Shown here piece by piece: positions 37,665 through 46,584 of a stretch of DNA of 64,000 nucleotides. The number at the start of each line of letters is the position of its first letter. The stretch's first letter is position 1. The stretch covers positions 9,508 through 73,507 of the forward strand of contig JBDUAS010000004.1 of the NCBI GenBank assembly GCA_040004535.1, written 5' to 3'. Under the pieces are notes generated by a model. The model ran no database searches. It was given only the letters and a program-made list of their open reading frames with translations, and had not been told where the DNA came from. Source of the stretch: Deltaproteobacteria bacterium (lineage in GTDB: Bacteria > Myxococcota_A > Polyangia > Haliangiales > Haliangiaceae). The position numbers and the translations under genes are program-made.

Positions 37665-39368
37665 ATGAAGGCATGGATCTGCGTTCTCGTCCTGACAGGC
37701 GCCGGCTGCAGTGCCGGTGGTAGCGCCGACTCCTCCAACGGTGGTGTTGCATCCGCGGACGCCGGCACCGGGGGCGTCAGCTTCGGCGGCCAGCAGGATA
37801 TCGGCGAGTTCCGCGGCATCCTCAAGGCCGGCGGCATCCCCGGCCCCGACACGCTCGACGCGAACGGCTTCTTCAACGAGCACTACGCCCCGCCGCCGGC
37901 GACCGCGTGCACGGATCCGTTGTGCATGACGCCCGGCCTGTCGGTCGGCAAAGACTGGGTGCTTGGCCAGCACCAGGCCGCGCTCCAGATCGCGGTCGAC
38001 ACGAACGTCGATCCCGCGAACTATCCGAAGCAGCCGCTGAACCTCGTGATCGTCGTCGATCACTCGGGCTCGATGGCCGAAGACGGCCGGCTCGACAAGG
38101 TCAAGGCCGGCCTCGACACGCTGATCGACGCGCTCGATCCCACCGACCGACTCGCACTCGTCGAGTTCGACGATCAGGTCTCGGTCGATGCCAACTTCAC
38201 ACCCGAGCTCGATCGCACCCACCTCCACACGATCGTCAACGGCCTCACGCCGCGCGGGGCGACCGACATCTTCGCGGGCCTGAAGCAGGGCTTCGATCTC
38301 TCGGTCGCCGCGCTCGCGACCGATCGCCAGAATCGCGTGATCTTCCTGTCCGACGGCCTCGCGACGATCGGCAACCAAGATCCGCAGGCGATCATCGCGA
38401 TGGCCGACAGCTACGTCGAGCGCGGCATCGGCCTGACGACGATCGGCGTTGGCCAGGACTTCGACGTCACGTTGATGCGCAGCCTCGCCGAGCACGGTGC
38501 CGGTAACTTCTACTTCCTCGAAGATCCGAACGCGGCGACCGAGGTGTTCCAGCAAGAGCTCGCGTACTTCGTCTCGCCGATCGCGCTCGACATCACGCTC
38601 GATGCGGTCGCCGGCACCGGCTACAACTTCGGTGAGGTCATCGGCTCGACGCTGTGGACCGGCAGCCAGCGCGGCGGTTCGATGCACATCCCGGCCGCGT
38701 TCCTCGCGAGCCGCACCGGCCCCGCGCCGGATCCGGGCACCGGCGGTCGCCGCGGTGGCGGCAGCATGCTGTTCATCCACATCGATCCGACCGGGTTCAA
38801 TCCCGATGGCAAGGTCGCAGACCTGACGCTGACCTATCGCGTCCCCGGCGATGCGAATCTGAAGTCGCAGACCGTCACGCTGCAATACGCGAACGATCCG
38901 AACGAGACGCCCGAGGTGCCGTACCTCTCGCAGCCCGAGATGGCGCCGCGGTTCGCGATGTACAACGCGTTCCTCGGGTTCCGCGCCGCGGTGCAGGACG
39001 CCAACTACAACTGCGCCGCCGTCACGCTGCGGTCGCTGCAGACCGCAGCGACCGCGTGGAACACGACGCACGAGAACGCCGACATCGCGGCCGACCTCAC
39101 GCTGATGTCGCTGTACCTCGCGAACCTCCAGGCCAATGGCGCGAACGAGGACGGCTCGCTGACGGCGACGACGTGCCAGAACTATGGTGGCGGCGGTTAC
39201 GGCGATGGCTACGGTAGCGACGACTACGGCAGCGACTACAACAGCAACTATCCGAACCAGGGCTGTTACTCCGCTTCGCGCGGCACGAGCAGTGGGTTCG
39301 CGCTGATCGGCCTCGCCGCGTTCGCGGCCGTGCGCCGCCGACCGCGGCCAGACAGGAGCTCGGTTTAG
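37665..39368 (+). CDS. VWA-domain lipoprotein with MYXO-CTERM-like tail (567 aa)
   Basis: Lipobox LTGAGC. VWA MIDAS motif (VVDHSGSM ... GATDI ... FLSDG). The tail is GCYSASRGTSSGFALIGLAAFAAVRRRPRP. Confidence 0.8.
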   Translation: MKAWICVLVLTGAGCSAGGSADSSNGGVASADAGTGGVSFGGQQDIGEFRGILKAGGIPGPDTLDANGFFNEHYAPPPATACTDPLCMTPGLSVGKDWVLGQHQAALQIAVDTNVDPANYPKQPLNLVIVVDHSGSMAEDGRLDKVKAGLDTLIDALDPTDRLALVEFDDQVSVDANFTPELDRTHLHTIVNGLTPRGATDIFAGLKQGFDLSVAALATDRQNRVIFLSDGLATIGNQDPQAIIAMADSYVERGIGLTTIGVGQDFDVTLMRSLAEHGAGNFYFLEDPNAATEVFQQELAYFVSPIALDITLDAVAGTGYNFGEVIGSTLWTGSQRGGSMHIPAAFLASRTGPAPDPGTGGRRGGGSMLFIHIDPTGFNPDGKVADLTLTYRVPGDANLKSQTVTLQYANDPNETPEVPYLSQPEMAPRFAMYNAFLGFRAAVQDANYNCAAVTLRSLQTAATAWNTTHENADIAADLTLMSLYLANLQANGANEDGSLTATTCQNYGGGGYGDGYGSDDYGSDYNSNYPNQGCYSASRGTSSGFALIGLAAFAAVRRRPRPDRSSV

Positions 39369-39403
39369 AGAAGACCTGTCACGAGGTGTGATACGACCCG
39401 GAC

Positions 39404-39940
39404 GTGGACTCGACGGTGCGTTCCATCCAGGTGGCGTCGGCGCTGCTCGAGCGCGTGGCGGTGTTGATGAAGGCAGGAGCAGCGTCGGGCCCGCAAGCGG
39501 TCGCGGAGCTCGAGCTGCGCATCGGTGAAGCGCAGCAGACGATGCCGGAGGTCTGGAATCACCTCGGCGATGCGCGCAACGCGATCGCGGCGGCCGGCAA
39601 GGATGTCGGCGAGTTCGATCAGCTGCGCGGCAACCTCCGCAGCCAGCTCGCGAGCACCGATATCGATGGCGCCACGCGCCTGGGCTGGAACGGCCGGACC
39701 GAGACGATCAAGACGGTGACGTGGGACGTCGAGGGCCTGAAGCGCGCGATCGCGGCGCGCGACGTGTTGCGCCGGTTGCGGAGCGACATCGATTGGGTCG
39801 CCCTCGAGCGCCAGCAGAACGCCGAGCTCGCCGCCGCCGGGTCGCTGACCGGCGCGCGCTGGACCGGGCTCGCGAAGATCGCCGGGTTGCTCGCGGCGGC
39901 GCTCGCCGCGGTGTACGCGATCAAAGCGTTCATGAACTGA
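39404..39940 (+). CDS. Hypothetical helical protein with C-terminal TM anchor (178 aa)
   Basis: GTG ORF with C-terminal segment LAKIAGLLAAALAAVYAI. Confidence 0.45.
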   Translation: MDSTVRSIQVASALLERVAVLMKAGAASGPQAVAELELRIGEAQQTMPEVWNHLGDARNAIAAAGKDVGEFDQLRGNLRSQLASTDIDGATRLGWNGRTETIKTVTWDVEGLKRAIAARDVLRRLRSDIDWVALERQQNAELAAAGSLTGARWTGLAKIAGLLAAALAAVYAIKAFMN

Positions 39941-39954
39941 GTTACCGTCGGAAG

Positions 39955-41277
39955 ATGTTCGACCCGGCGGTGTTTGCCGCGCGACGTGCAGCTCTGATGG
40001 AAGCGATCGGTCCCGACGCGGTCGCGATCGTGCGGTCGCTGCCGGAGCGGCTGCGCAACGGGGATGCGTTCCATCCGTTTCGCCAGGCGTCCGATGTCGT
40101 GTACCTGACCGGCTTCGTCGAACCGGAGACCACGCTCGTGGTGCGGCCGGGCGCCGAGACCGATCGCGTGGTGATGTTCGTGCGGCCGCGCGATCCGGAT
40201 CTCGAGACGTGGGATGGCCGCCGCGCCGGGCTCGAAGGTGCGAAGGAGCGTTTCGGTGCCGATGCCGCATACCCGGCGCACGAGCTCGAGACGAAGTTGC
40301 CGGACCTGCTCGCGAACGTCGACGAGTGGCACGTCGGGCTCGGCATCGATGACGACCTCGACGCACTGGTCGCGCGGACGCTCGCGAAGCTGCGACGCAC
40401 CGAGAAGAAGGGCAAGCGGCCGCCGCGCGCGATCGTCGATCCGCGGGTCGCGCTACACGAGCTGCGCTTGAAGAAGCGGCCCGAAGAGCTCGCGGCACTG
40501 CGCGAGGCGGCGACGATCTCGAGTGACGCCCACATCGCGGCGATGCAGACCGGCCGCCCCGGTGTGTACGAGCACGAGCTCGAAGCGGTGATTAACTACA
40601 CGTTTCGCCGGCGCGGCGGCGGCGGTCCCGGCTACGCGACGATCGTCGGCGCGGGCGTCAACGCGACGATCCTCCATTACATCGAGAACCGCTGCAAGAT
40701 CGCTGACGGTGACCTCGTGCTCGTCGACGCGGGCTGCGAGTACGACCACTACACCGCCGACATCACGCGAACGTGGCCGGCAAACGGCAAGTTCTCGCCG
40801 GCGCAGCGCGACGTTTACGAGCTCGTGTTGACGACCCAGCTCGGCGCGATCGCGATGGCGAAGCCGGGCGCGACGCTCGAGCAGATCCACGAGTACTGCG
40901 TGCGCTCGCTGACCGAAGGCATGGTCGCGCTGAAGCTGGTGCAGGGCTCGGTCGAGGAGCTGATCGCCGACCACAGCTATCGCAAGTTCTACATGCATGG
41001 CACGTCCCACTGGCTCGGCCTTGATGTCCACGATGCCGGTGCATACACCCGCGGTGGCAAGGCGCGCGCGCTCGAGCCGGGCATGGTGATCACGATCGAG
41101 CCCGGCCTCTACATCGCGAGCGACGCGCCGGGCGTGCCCGATGCGCTGCGCGGTATCGGCGTGCGGATCGAGGACGATCTCGTGATCACGACCGGCGCGC
41201 CGGAGGTCCTGACCGCCGCCTGCCCGAAGCAGATCGCAGAGCTCGAGGCGCTGACTCGTTGCGTCGGCAACGCGTGA
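39955..41277 (+). CDS. pepP: Xaa-Pro aminopeptidase (M24B) (440 aa)
   Basis: DLVLVDAGCEYDHYTADITRT, HGTSHWLGLDVHD, VITIEPGLY, GVRIEDD. Confidence 0.9.
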   Translation: MFDPAVFAARRAALMEAIGPDAVAIVRSLPERLRNGDAFHPFRQASDVVYLTGFVEPETTLVVRPGAETDRVVMFVRPRDPDLETWDGRRAGLEGAKERFGADAAYPAHELETKLPDLLANVDEWHVGLGIDDDLDALVARTLAKLRRTEKKGKRPPRAIVDPRVALHELRLKKRPEELAALREAATISSDAHIAAMQTGRPGVYEHELEAVINYTFRRRGGGGPGYATIVGAGVNATILHYIENRCKIADGDLVLVDAGCEYDHYTADITRTWPANGKFSPAQRDVYELVLTTQLGAIAMAKPGATLEQIHEYCVRSLTEGMVALKLVQGSVEELIADHSYRKFYMHGTSHWLGLDVHDAGAYTRGGKARALEPGMVITIEPGLYIASDAPGVPDALRGIGVRIEDDLVITTGAPEVLTAACPKQIAELEALTRCVGNA

Positions 41278-41293
41278 AGAATCGGCGCTGGCC

Positions 41294-42592
41294 TCAGTGC
41301 GCGAATACCTGCGCCGTGCGTTTCCCCGCCTCGCCGCTGCGGATCAGGCTGAGACGGAGCAAGACGGGCGCAAACAGTTGATTCAGCCCGACGACGCTTA
41401 GCAACAGAACCGCAGCGGGCCCGCCGAAGCTCGGGAAGTTCTTCTGGATCACCACGACCAGGGCGAGCGACAGGCCCGCTTGCGGGACCAGGCCCGTCCA
41501 CGCATAGCGCGTCACCGATGGATCAGCGGAAGTACGCTTGCACGCCAGCTTGCAGCCGAAGAAAAACACGGTCGCGCGCGCGGCCGCGACGAGCACGACA
41601 GGAACCGCCATCGCGGCCAACGTCCCGATATCGAGCTTGCATCCCGCGAGCGAGAAGAACACGAGGAACACCGGCAACTCGGCGGCCTCGAAGCTATGCA
41701 AGAGGGCGTTCGCATCGGCGCGCGAGAAGTTCTTGAGCCACACCCCGGCCGACAACATCACGACGAGCGGATCGAGATGGATCCGGCTACCGATCTCCGC
41801 GACGACGATGCACACCAGCAGCGCGAACAACACGTTCCCGTTGTTCACCGAGATGATGTAGCGCGCGATCAGGATTCCGATCACGACCCCGAAGGCCATC
41901 GAGCCGAACAGCTCCCACCCGATCGACATCATCGTCTCGCCGATATCGACACCGCTGCCGACGACCGCGCCGGTGACCGCCGCGACGATCGAATACACGA
42001 CGATCACCACGAGATCAGCGACGACCACGGTCGCGAGGATCGTCCGGCTCAGCGGGCCGTCGGCTCGCGTCTCGGCAAGGAGTGCCATCACCACCGCCGG
42101 CGACTGTGCCGACAGCGCGACGCCGACGACGGCGCAGATCGCCAGCGTCTGGATCAGCGTCGTGTTGGAGAACATCGGCAACATCGGCTGCAGCACGAAC
42201 AACACCACGGCCAACACGACCATCGCGGCCAGCACGCCGAACACCGTGATCGCACGCAGCGTTCGGACGAGTGGCTTGACGCGCTTGAGGTCGAGCTCGC
42301 CACCCGCCGACAACCCGAGGATGCAGGTGGCCGCGCCGTTGACGATGCCGAGCGAAACCGTCTGTTGCGTCGACACCAAGTCGAGCACGTACGGACCGGC
42401 GACGATGCCGACGAGCAGATATCCGGTGAGCTTGGGCAGCCCGATGCGCACGCCGATCCGCGCCGCGAAGAATGCAGCGAGCAGCAAGAATCCGAACGCC
42501 AGCTCCGTGCCGCCGTTAGCGCCGCTCGTGTCGAAGCTGCGCGCCGCCTGCATCAGGCCCGTCAGCGCCAGGAGAAGCAGGACGTCGATCAC
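41294..42592 (-). CDS. Cation:proton antiporter (CPA family membrane domain) (432 aa)
   Basis: About 12 TM segments. The N-terminal motif LPKLTGYLLVGIVAGPYVL is typical of Na+/H+ or K+/H+ exchangers. Confidence 0.8.
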   Translation of the reverse strand: MIDVLLLLALTGLMQAARSFDTSGANGGTELAFGFLLLAAFFAARIGVRIGLPKLTGYLLVGIVAGPYVLDLVSTQQTVSLGIVNGAATCILGLSAGGELDLKRVKPLVRTLRAITVFGVLAAMVVLAVVLFVLQPMLPMFSNTTLIQTLAICAVVGVALSAQSPAVVMALLAETRADGPLSRTILATVVVADLVVIVVYSIVAAVTGAVVGSGVDIGETMMSIGWELFGSMAFGVVIGILIARYIISVNNGNVLFALLVCIVVAEIGSRIHLDPLVVMLSAGVWLKNFSRADANALLHSFEAAELPVFLVFFSLAGCKLDIGTLAAMAVPVVLVAAARATVFFFGCKLACKRTSADPSVTRYAWTGLVPQAGLSLALVVVIQKNFPSFGGPAAVLLLSVVGLNQLFAPVLLRLSLIRSGEAGKRTAQVFAH

Positions 42593-42718
42593 CGACTATA
42601 TTTACCAGACTTGTTGGGGTTCAAATGATCACGTCAGGCTCATCCCCGCGTCGCGCAACAGGATCTCGCGGGTCATCGTCCCTCGGCCGTGGCGAATTCG
42701 TCCGACTCGCAATTGTCT

Positions 42719-42746
42719 GAACCCTTTGCGCTCGCCCTGGCTCTCA
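42719..42746 (+). promoter_or_regulatory. ECF-type promoter motif copy a (GAACCCT-N16-TCTCA)
   Basis: GAACCCTttgcgctcgccctggcTCTCA, 18 nt upstream of ATG 42764. Confidence 0.6.
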
Positions 42747-42763
42747 TGGCAGAAGGAGCACCG

Positions 42764-42943
42764 ATGTGTCGAGCGATCACGTGTAGCAAGTGCAAACGAC
42801 CGAGCTGGGCCGGCTGCGGCGCCCATGTCGAGCAAGTCCTCGGTCACGTGCCGGCGGCAGAGCGCTGCCAGTGCAAGGCGACCGAGGCGGCGAGCGGTGG
42901 CGGTGGCCTCGGCAAGGCGATCCGCTCGTTGTTCGGACGCTAG
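42764..42943 (+). CDS. Small Cys-rich protein (59 aa)
   Basis: AGGAG lies 5-6 nt before the ATG. MCRAITCSKCKRPSWAGCGAHVEQVLGHVPAAERCQCK contains 7 Cys. Confidence 0.6.
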   Translation: MCRAITCSKCKRPSWAGCGAHVEQVLGHVPAAERCQCKATEAASGGGGLGKAIRSLFGR

Positions 42944-43141
42944 CGATCCTTTCGGGCTCGCGCGATGAAGCCGCGCCACGTTCGTCAACCGCTGCAGCTT
43001 CGCACGCATGCTGGCGAGGATCTCGCGCGGGGCGAACTGCCTGGTTCCGCGCGGACGAGCCGGAAGTGACTTCCCGGCGGCCCGCCTGCGGCTGCGACGC
43101 CACTGACGCGCGGTGACGGAGAAATCGCTAGAGCGTCGCCG

Positions 43142-43429
43142 CTACGGGAGCTGGATCGTCGGCTCTTCGTTCGCGCGATACAGCAGGACGACGTTCCCGA
43201 TCACCTGCGCGACCTCGCTTCGGGTCTGCACGGCGATCTCTTCGGCGGCCGAGTGGCGATCGAGCTCGGCGGTGTCGCCGACCTTGATCTTGATCAGCTC
43301 GTGATCGGCGAGCGCTTGTTCGACTGCCTTGATCAAGCCTTCGTCGAGGCCGCCCTTCCCTACCTGAACGATCGGATTCAGCGCGTGGCCGAGCCCGCGG
43401 AGGTGATGGCGTTGCTTGCCCGTCAACAT
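43142..43429 (-). CDS. yhbY: YhbY-like CRM-domain RNA-binding protein (95 aa)
   Basis: LTGKQRHHLRGLGHALNPIVQVGKGGL ... ELIKIKV ... VQVIGNVVLLYR. The start may alternatively be at 43450. Confidence 0.8.
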   Translation of the reverse strand: MLTGKQRHHLRGLGHALNPIVQVGKGGLDEGLIKAVEQALADHELIKIKVGDTAELDRHSAAEEIAVQTRSEVAQVIGNVVLLYRANEEPTIQLP

Positions 43430-43442
43430 ATTCACGAGCGTA

Positions 43443-45197
43443 CTATTCAAGCAGCAGCGCAGCGTCGCTCGCGATCAAAATCTCGCGGGTCTGGGCTGGC
43501 TCGCGCACATCGGCGTAGATCCAGCCATCGCTGCGGAAGTGCGGGAACAGCGCGTACTGACCCGCGCCCATGTGCGTGATCTGGATCGGCACGCCGGTCC
43601 GCAGGTCCATCAGGTAGAGGTCCGCGCGGTCGCTCGTGTAGTGGTGATAGACGATCCAGCGCTCGTCGTAGGAGAACCCGGGCTTGCCACCGGCGAGGCA
43701 GTAGCGCGCGATCTCTGGCGTCGTGATCGTGTACGTCGCGCCCGCCGGCGTCGCCATCACCTTGTGCAGGACATAGCCGAGCTGGCCGCCCGGACCGGCG
43801 ACGCGCGTGAGCTCGACGCGCGCGGACGGCGAGAGCACCGCGTCACCTTCGAACGGCTGCGCGACGCTGACCGCCTGCTTCTCGACGTAGGTCTGGCCGT
43901 CGAAGATCATCGGCGTGAAGTTTGCGGTCGTGAACGAGTCCGCGCTCACGCCTGGATCCTGCGACGAGAACCAGCCGCCGTTGTCCGAGAAGAACGCACC
44001 GTTGATCGCGAAGTAATCACCACCACCGAGCACCTTGCCGACGTGCTGGTAGAGCCCGACCTCGCCGAGCTTCGTGCAACCGGGCTCGGTCATCGTCAGC
44101 GAATTCGCAGCGCCGGTCAGCGACGTGAGGACTGCCATCGAGCACGAGTTGTTGCCATTGCCCTGGAACATCCAACCCGAGTTATCGGGGAAGAACCCCG
44201 GGTCGTAGGGCGCGGGGACGCCGACCGCGACGCCGCGCTGGAGGTCCTGCACGGTGCCCATCGAACCCGAGCCACCGCCGTGCGCGACGAACCGACCGTC
44301 GGCCGAGCTCCGCGTCCAGTACGACGACTGATACGCCGTGATCGTCTTGAGGAGCCGGATGTGGCTACCGCCGGCATCCCACGTCGCGCTGTCGGCGACA
44401 TCCGCGGCGCGCGGCAGATCCGCGAGGCAGTTCTTCGGGTCGGTCGCGGTGCCGCAGTCGTACATCGCGAGCAGGTTGTCGCGGTTGACCGCGCGCCAAC
44501 CCTGGGTTGCCATCGCGGTGACGTGGGTCGCGACGTCGGCCGAGATGCTCTGGTCGCACGTCGACGGCGGCGGATCCTCGGGCAACGTCTCGTCGAGCAG
44601 CGGCAGGCCGCGCGCGAACCACTCCGCGACGATGTCGAACTGCGGCTGCGTGAACGGTGTCACCGTCGAGCCGTGGGGCATCGCGGCCGTCGTGATGAAC
44701 GTCGAGAGCTCGGTCGTCGCATTCGCGCCGTACGCGACCTTGAACGTGTAGTCGAACCACGGGAGCCGGCCTGCGGACGCATAGATCCCGAGCTTCTGGG
44801 TCACGAACGCCGAATCGCCGTTCGCCGGGTTCAACCGCAGACAATCCAGCATCTGCTTCGCCGACTGCGCCGACTGGACCGTGAGGTCGGTGAGGCAACT
44901 CGCCATCGCCGTGTCGCCAAGGCCACGCCAGTACCGGATGTGCTGCCGGGTCAGCGTGTGACACGAGTTGCACGACGCGGTCTGCGCGCCGCTCACGTTC
45001 GCGCCGATCAACTGGAGCGCCTTCGTCGCGAGTGTCTGGTCGTCGAGCGTGACCGGATTGCGAAACACCGGCGCGAGCGGAGCATCGACCGGTGCGTCGA
45101 TCGCGGCGTCGAGCGCGGCGTCGACCGACGCGTCGGTTTTCGCCTGATGTCCACCGCCACAGCCCGCCACCACGAGAATCAGAAGAAACACGCGCAT
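43443..45197 (-). CDS. Lipoprotein with CxxCH motif and C-terminal TolB-like propeller (584 aa)
   Basis: Lipobox LVVAGC. Single haem-c-type motif SCNSCH. The C-terminal ERWIVYHHYTSDRADLYLMDLRTGVPIQIT is TolB/PD40-like. Confidence 0.65.
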   Translation of the reverse strand: MRVFLLILVVAGCGGGHQAKTDASVDAALDAAIDAPVDAPLAPVFRNPVTLDDQTLATKALQLIGANVSGAQTASCNSCHTLTRQHIRYWRGLGDTAMASCLTDLTVQSAQSAKQMLDCLRLNPANGDSAFVTQKLGIYASAGRLPWFDYTFKVAYGANATTELSTFITTAAMPHGSTVTPFTQPQFDIVAEWFARGLPLLDETLPEDPPPSTCDQSISADVATHVTAMATQGWRAVNRDNLLAMYDCGTATDPKNCLADLPRAADVADSATWDAGGSHIRLLKTITAYQSSYWTRSSADGRFVAHGGGSGSMGTVQDLQRGVAVGVPAPYDPGFFPDNSGWMFQGNGNNSCSMAVLTSLTGAANSLTMTEPGCTKLGEVGLYQHVGKVLGGGDYFAINGAFFSDNGGWFSSQDPGVSADSFTTANFTPMIFDGQTYVEKQAVSVAQPFEGDAVLSPSARVELTRVAGPGGQLGYVLHKVMATPAGATYTITTPEIARYCLAGGKPGFSYDERWIVYHHYTSDRADLYLMDLRTGVPIQITHMGAGQYALFPHFRSDGWIYADVREPAQTREILIASDAALLLE

Positions 45198-45262
45198 TAG
45201 GGCGGAAACTAGCACCGAATCCCGGAAGTCAAGCCGGCAAGTTCGGGCCTGGGCGAGTGGGC

Positions 45263-45290
45263 GAACCCTTTGCGCGCTGCCTGGCTCTCA
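45263..45290 (+). promoter_or_regulatory. ECF-type promoter motif copy b
   Basis: GAACCCTttgcgcgctgcctggcTCTCA. Only 6 nt separate it from ATG 45297, so the transcript is predicted to be leaderless. Confidence 0.6.
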
Positions 45291-45296
45291 CGTTGT

Positions 45297-45689
45297 ATGC
45301 CCCCAACGATCCCAGGTATCCGCAGAGAGCTCGCGCTCGGCTACGACGAGGCCCTGGCGCGCGTACCCGAGGTGCTAGCGACCGAGGGCTTCGGTGTGCT
45401 CACCGAGATCGATGTCACGGCGACCCTCGCGAAGAAGCTCGGCGTCGCGTTCCGGCGCTACAAGATCCTCGGCGCGTGCAACCCCACCCTCGCCCACAAG
45501 GCGCTCGGCATCGCGCTCGAGATCGGCGTCATGCTCCCGTGCAACCTCATCGTCTACGAGCGCGATGGTGGCGGTGCGACCGTCGTCGCGATCGATCCAG
45601 CCGAGACGATGGCCTCGCGCGATCCGCAACTCGCCGAGCTGGCAGCGGAGGTCCGCCAGCGGCTCGTGCGCGTGATCGAGCGCATCTGA
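45297..45689 (+). CDS. DUF302 domain protein (130 aa)
   Basis: EGFGVLTEIDVTATLKKLG-type core, then YKILGACNP ... MLPCNLIVYE. Confidence 0.75.
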   Translation: MPPTIPGIRRELALGYDEALARVPEVLATEGFGVLTEIDVTATLAKKLGVAFRRYKILGACNPTLAHKALGIALEIGVMLPCNLIVYERDGGGATVVAIDPAETMASRDPQLAELAAEVRQRLVRVIERI

Positions 45690-45702
45690 GCGATGGGCGG
45701 AT

Positions 45703-46494
45703 TCACATCGCGATGGCAGCCACGATCGCGTCGCGGACGGCTGCACGCACCGCGGCCGGCACGACATCACCGGGTAACCGGCGACACAGCGACACCGTGC
45801 GTTTGAGCGCATCACACGCACCGGCGCACCGTGCACATGTCGCGAGGTGGTTCTCGATCTGCACGCAGGTCGCTTGATCGATCTCGGCGCCGGCGTACGC
45901 GGTGAGCTCCTGGGCCAGCTCCGGGCACGGCTCCGCATCTGCGTTCGCACCCAGCGTGCCGGCGAGCTCGGTGCGCAACGCCATGCGCGCGCGATGCAGG
46001 CGGCTCTTGAGCGCGCCGACCTCGATGCCGATCACGTCGGCCGCTTGCTCGGCGCTGAGCCCCTCGACGTCACGCAGGACGAGGACCTCCCGTTGCTCTG
46101 CCGGCAGCGCCGCGATCACGCGCGACAGCGCCTCACCGATCTCGCGAGCGTGCATGCGTGCGTCCGGCTGGGGCGTCGGATCCACGAGCTCGGGTGCGCC
46201 GGCGTCGTCGAGCGAGCGAGTCGGATGCTGCCCGCGACGCTCCTTGATACAGAAGCTGCGCGCGATCTGGTAGAGCCACGTCGACAGCGCAGCATCGCCG
46301 CGGAACCCCGGGAGGTGGCGGAACGCGGCGAGCAGGGTCTCTTGGAGCACTTCGCGCGCGGATTCCTCGTCGCCGCACATCCGTAGGCCGAATCGATAGA
46401 TCTGCGGCTCGTAACGCTCCAGCAGCTCGTCGAGCGCCTCGCGATTCCCCGCGCGGGCGGCGGCGATCAGTTCGGCGTCGGGTTGGTCGGCCAT
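45703..46494 (-). CDS. ECF sigma factor fused to a C-terminal ZAS-type (zinc anti-sigma) Cys-rich domain (263 aa)
   Basis: Sigma region 2 (ELLERYEPQIYRFGLRMCGDEESAREVLQETLLAAF) and region 4 (LRDVEGLSAEQAADVIGIEVGALKSRLHRAR). The tail is EPCPELAQELTAYAGAEIDQATCVQIENHLATCARCAGACDALKRTVSLC, which matches C-x25-H-x3-C-x2-C. Confidence 0.85.
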   Translation of the reverse strand: MADQPDAELIAAARAGNREALDELLERYEPQIYRFGLRMCGDEESAREVLQETLLAAFRHLPGFRGDAALSTWLYQIARSFCIKERRGQHPTRSLDDAGAPELVDPTPQPDARMHAREIGEALSRVIAALPAEQREVLVLRDVEGLSAEQAADVIGIEVGALKSRLHRARMALRTELAGTLGANADAEPCPELAQELTAYAGAEIDQATCVQIENHLATCARCAGACDALKRTVSLCRRLPGDVVPAAVRAAVRDAIVAAIAM

Positions 46495-46501
46495 GCCCCC
46501 A

Positions 46502-46530
46502 CAACCTTTGCGAGATCGCTCGGTCTGTCA
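46502..46530 (+). promoter_or_regulatory. ECF-type promoter motif copy c1 (degenerate)
   Basis: CAACCTTtgcgagatcgctcggtcTGTCA, in tandem with copy c2. Confidence 0.4.
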
Positions 46531-46538
46531 ACCTGCCT

Positions 46539-46566
46539 GAATCGTTTCGGTGCGCCTCGGCTCTCA
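46539..46566 (+). promoter_or_regulatory. ECF-type promoter motif copy c2
   Basis: GAATCGTttcggtgcgcctcggcTCTCA, 18 nt upstream of the thioredoxin ATG 46585. Confidence 0.55.
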
Positions 46567-46584
46567 CGGCGACATGAGGCACCG

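Noticed and set aside
36771-39071. 766-aa minus-strand ORF antisense to the VWA gene and overlapping ggt
   Set aside because: No motifs and a biased composition. Both overlapped genes have strong family signatures.
39365-40498. 377-aa minus-strand ORF antisense to 39404-39940 and pepP
   Set aside because: Arg/Pro/Ala-rich with no motifs. pepP on the plus strand is unambiguous.
42944-43141. Coding-like minus-strand stretch (…ARQWRRSRRRAAGKSLPARPRGTRQFAPREILASMRAKLQRL…) between yhbY and the Cys-rich gene, considered as a gene fragment or mobile-element relic
   Set aside because: It has no start codon, no recognisable family motif and an Arg-rich composition. It cannot be distinguished from high-GC noise by eye.
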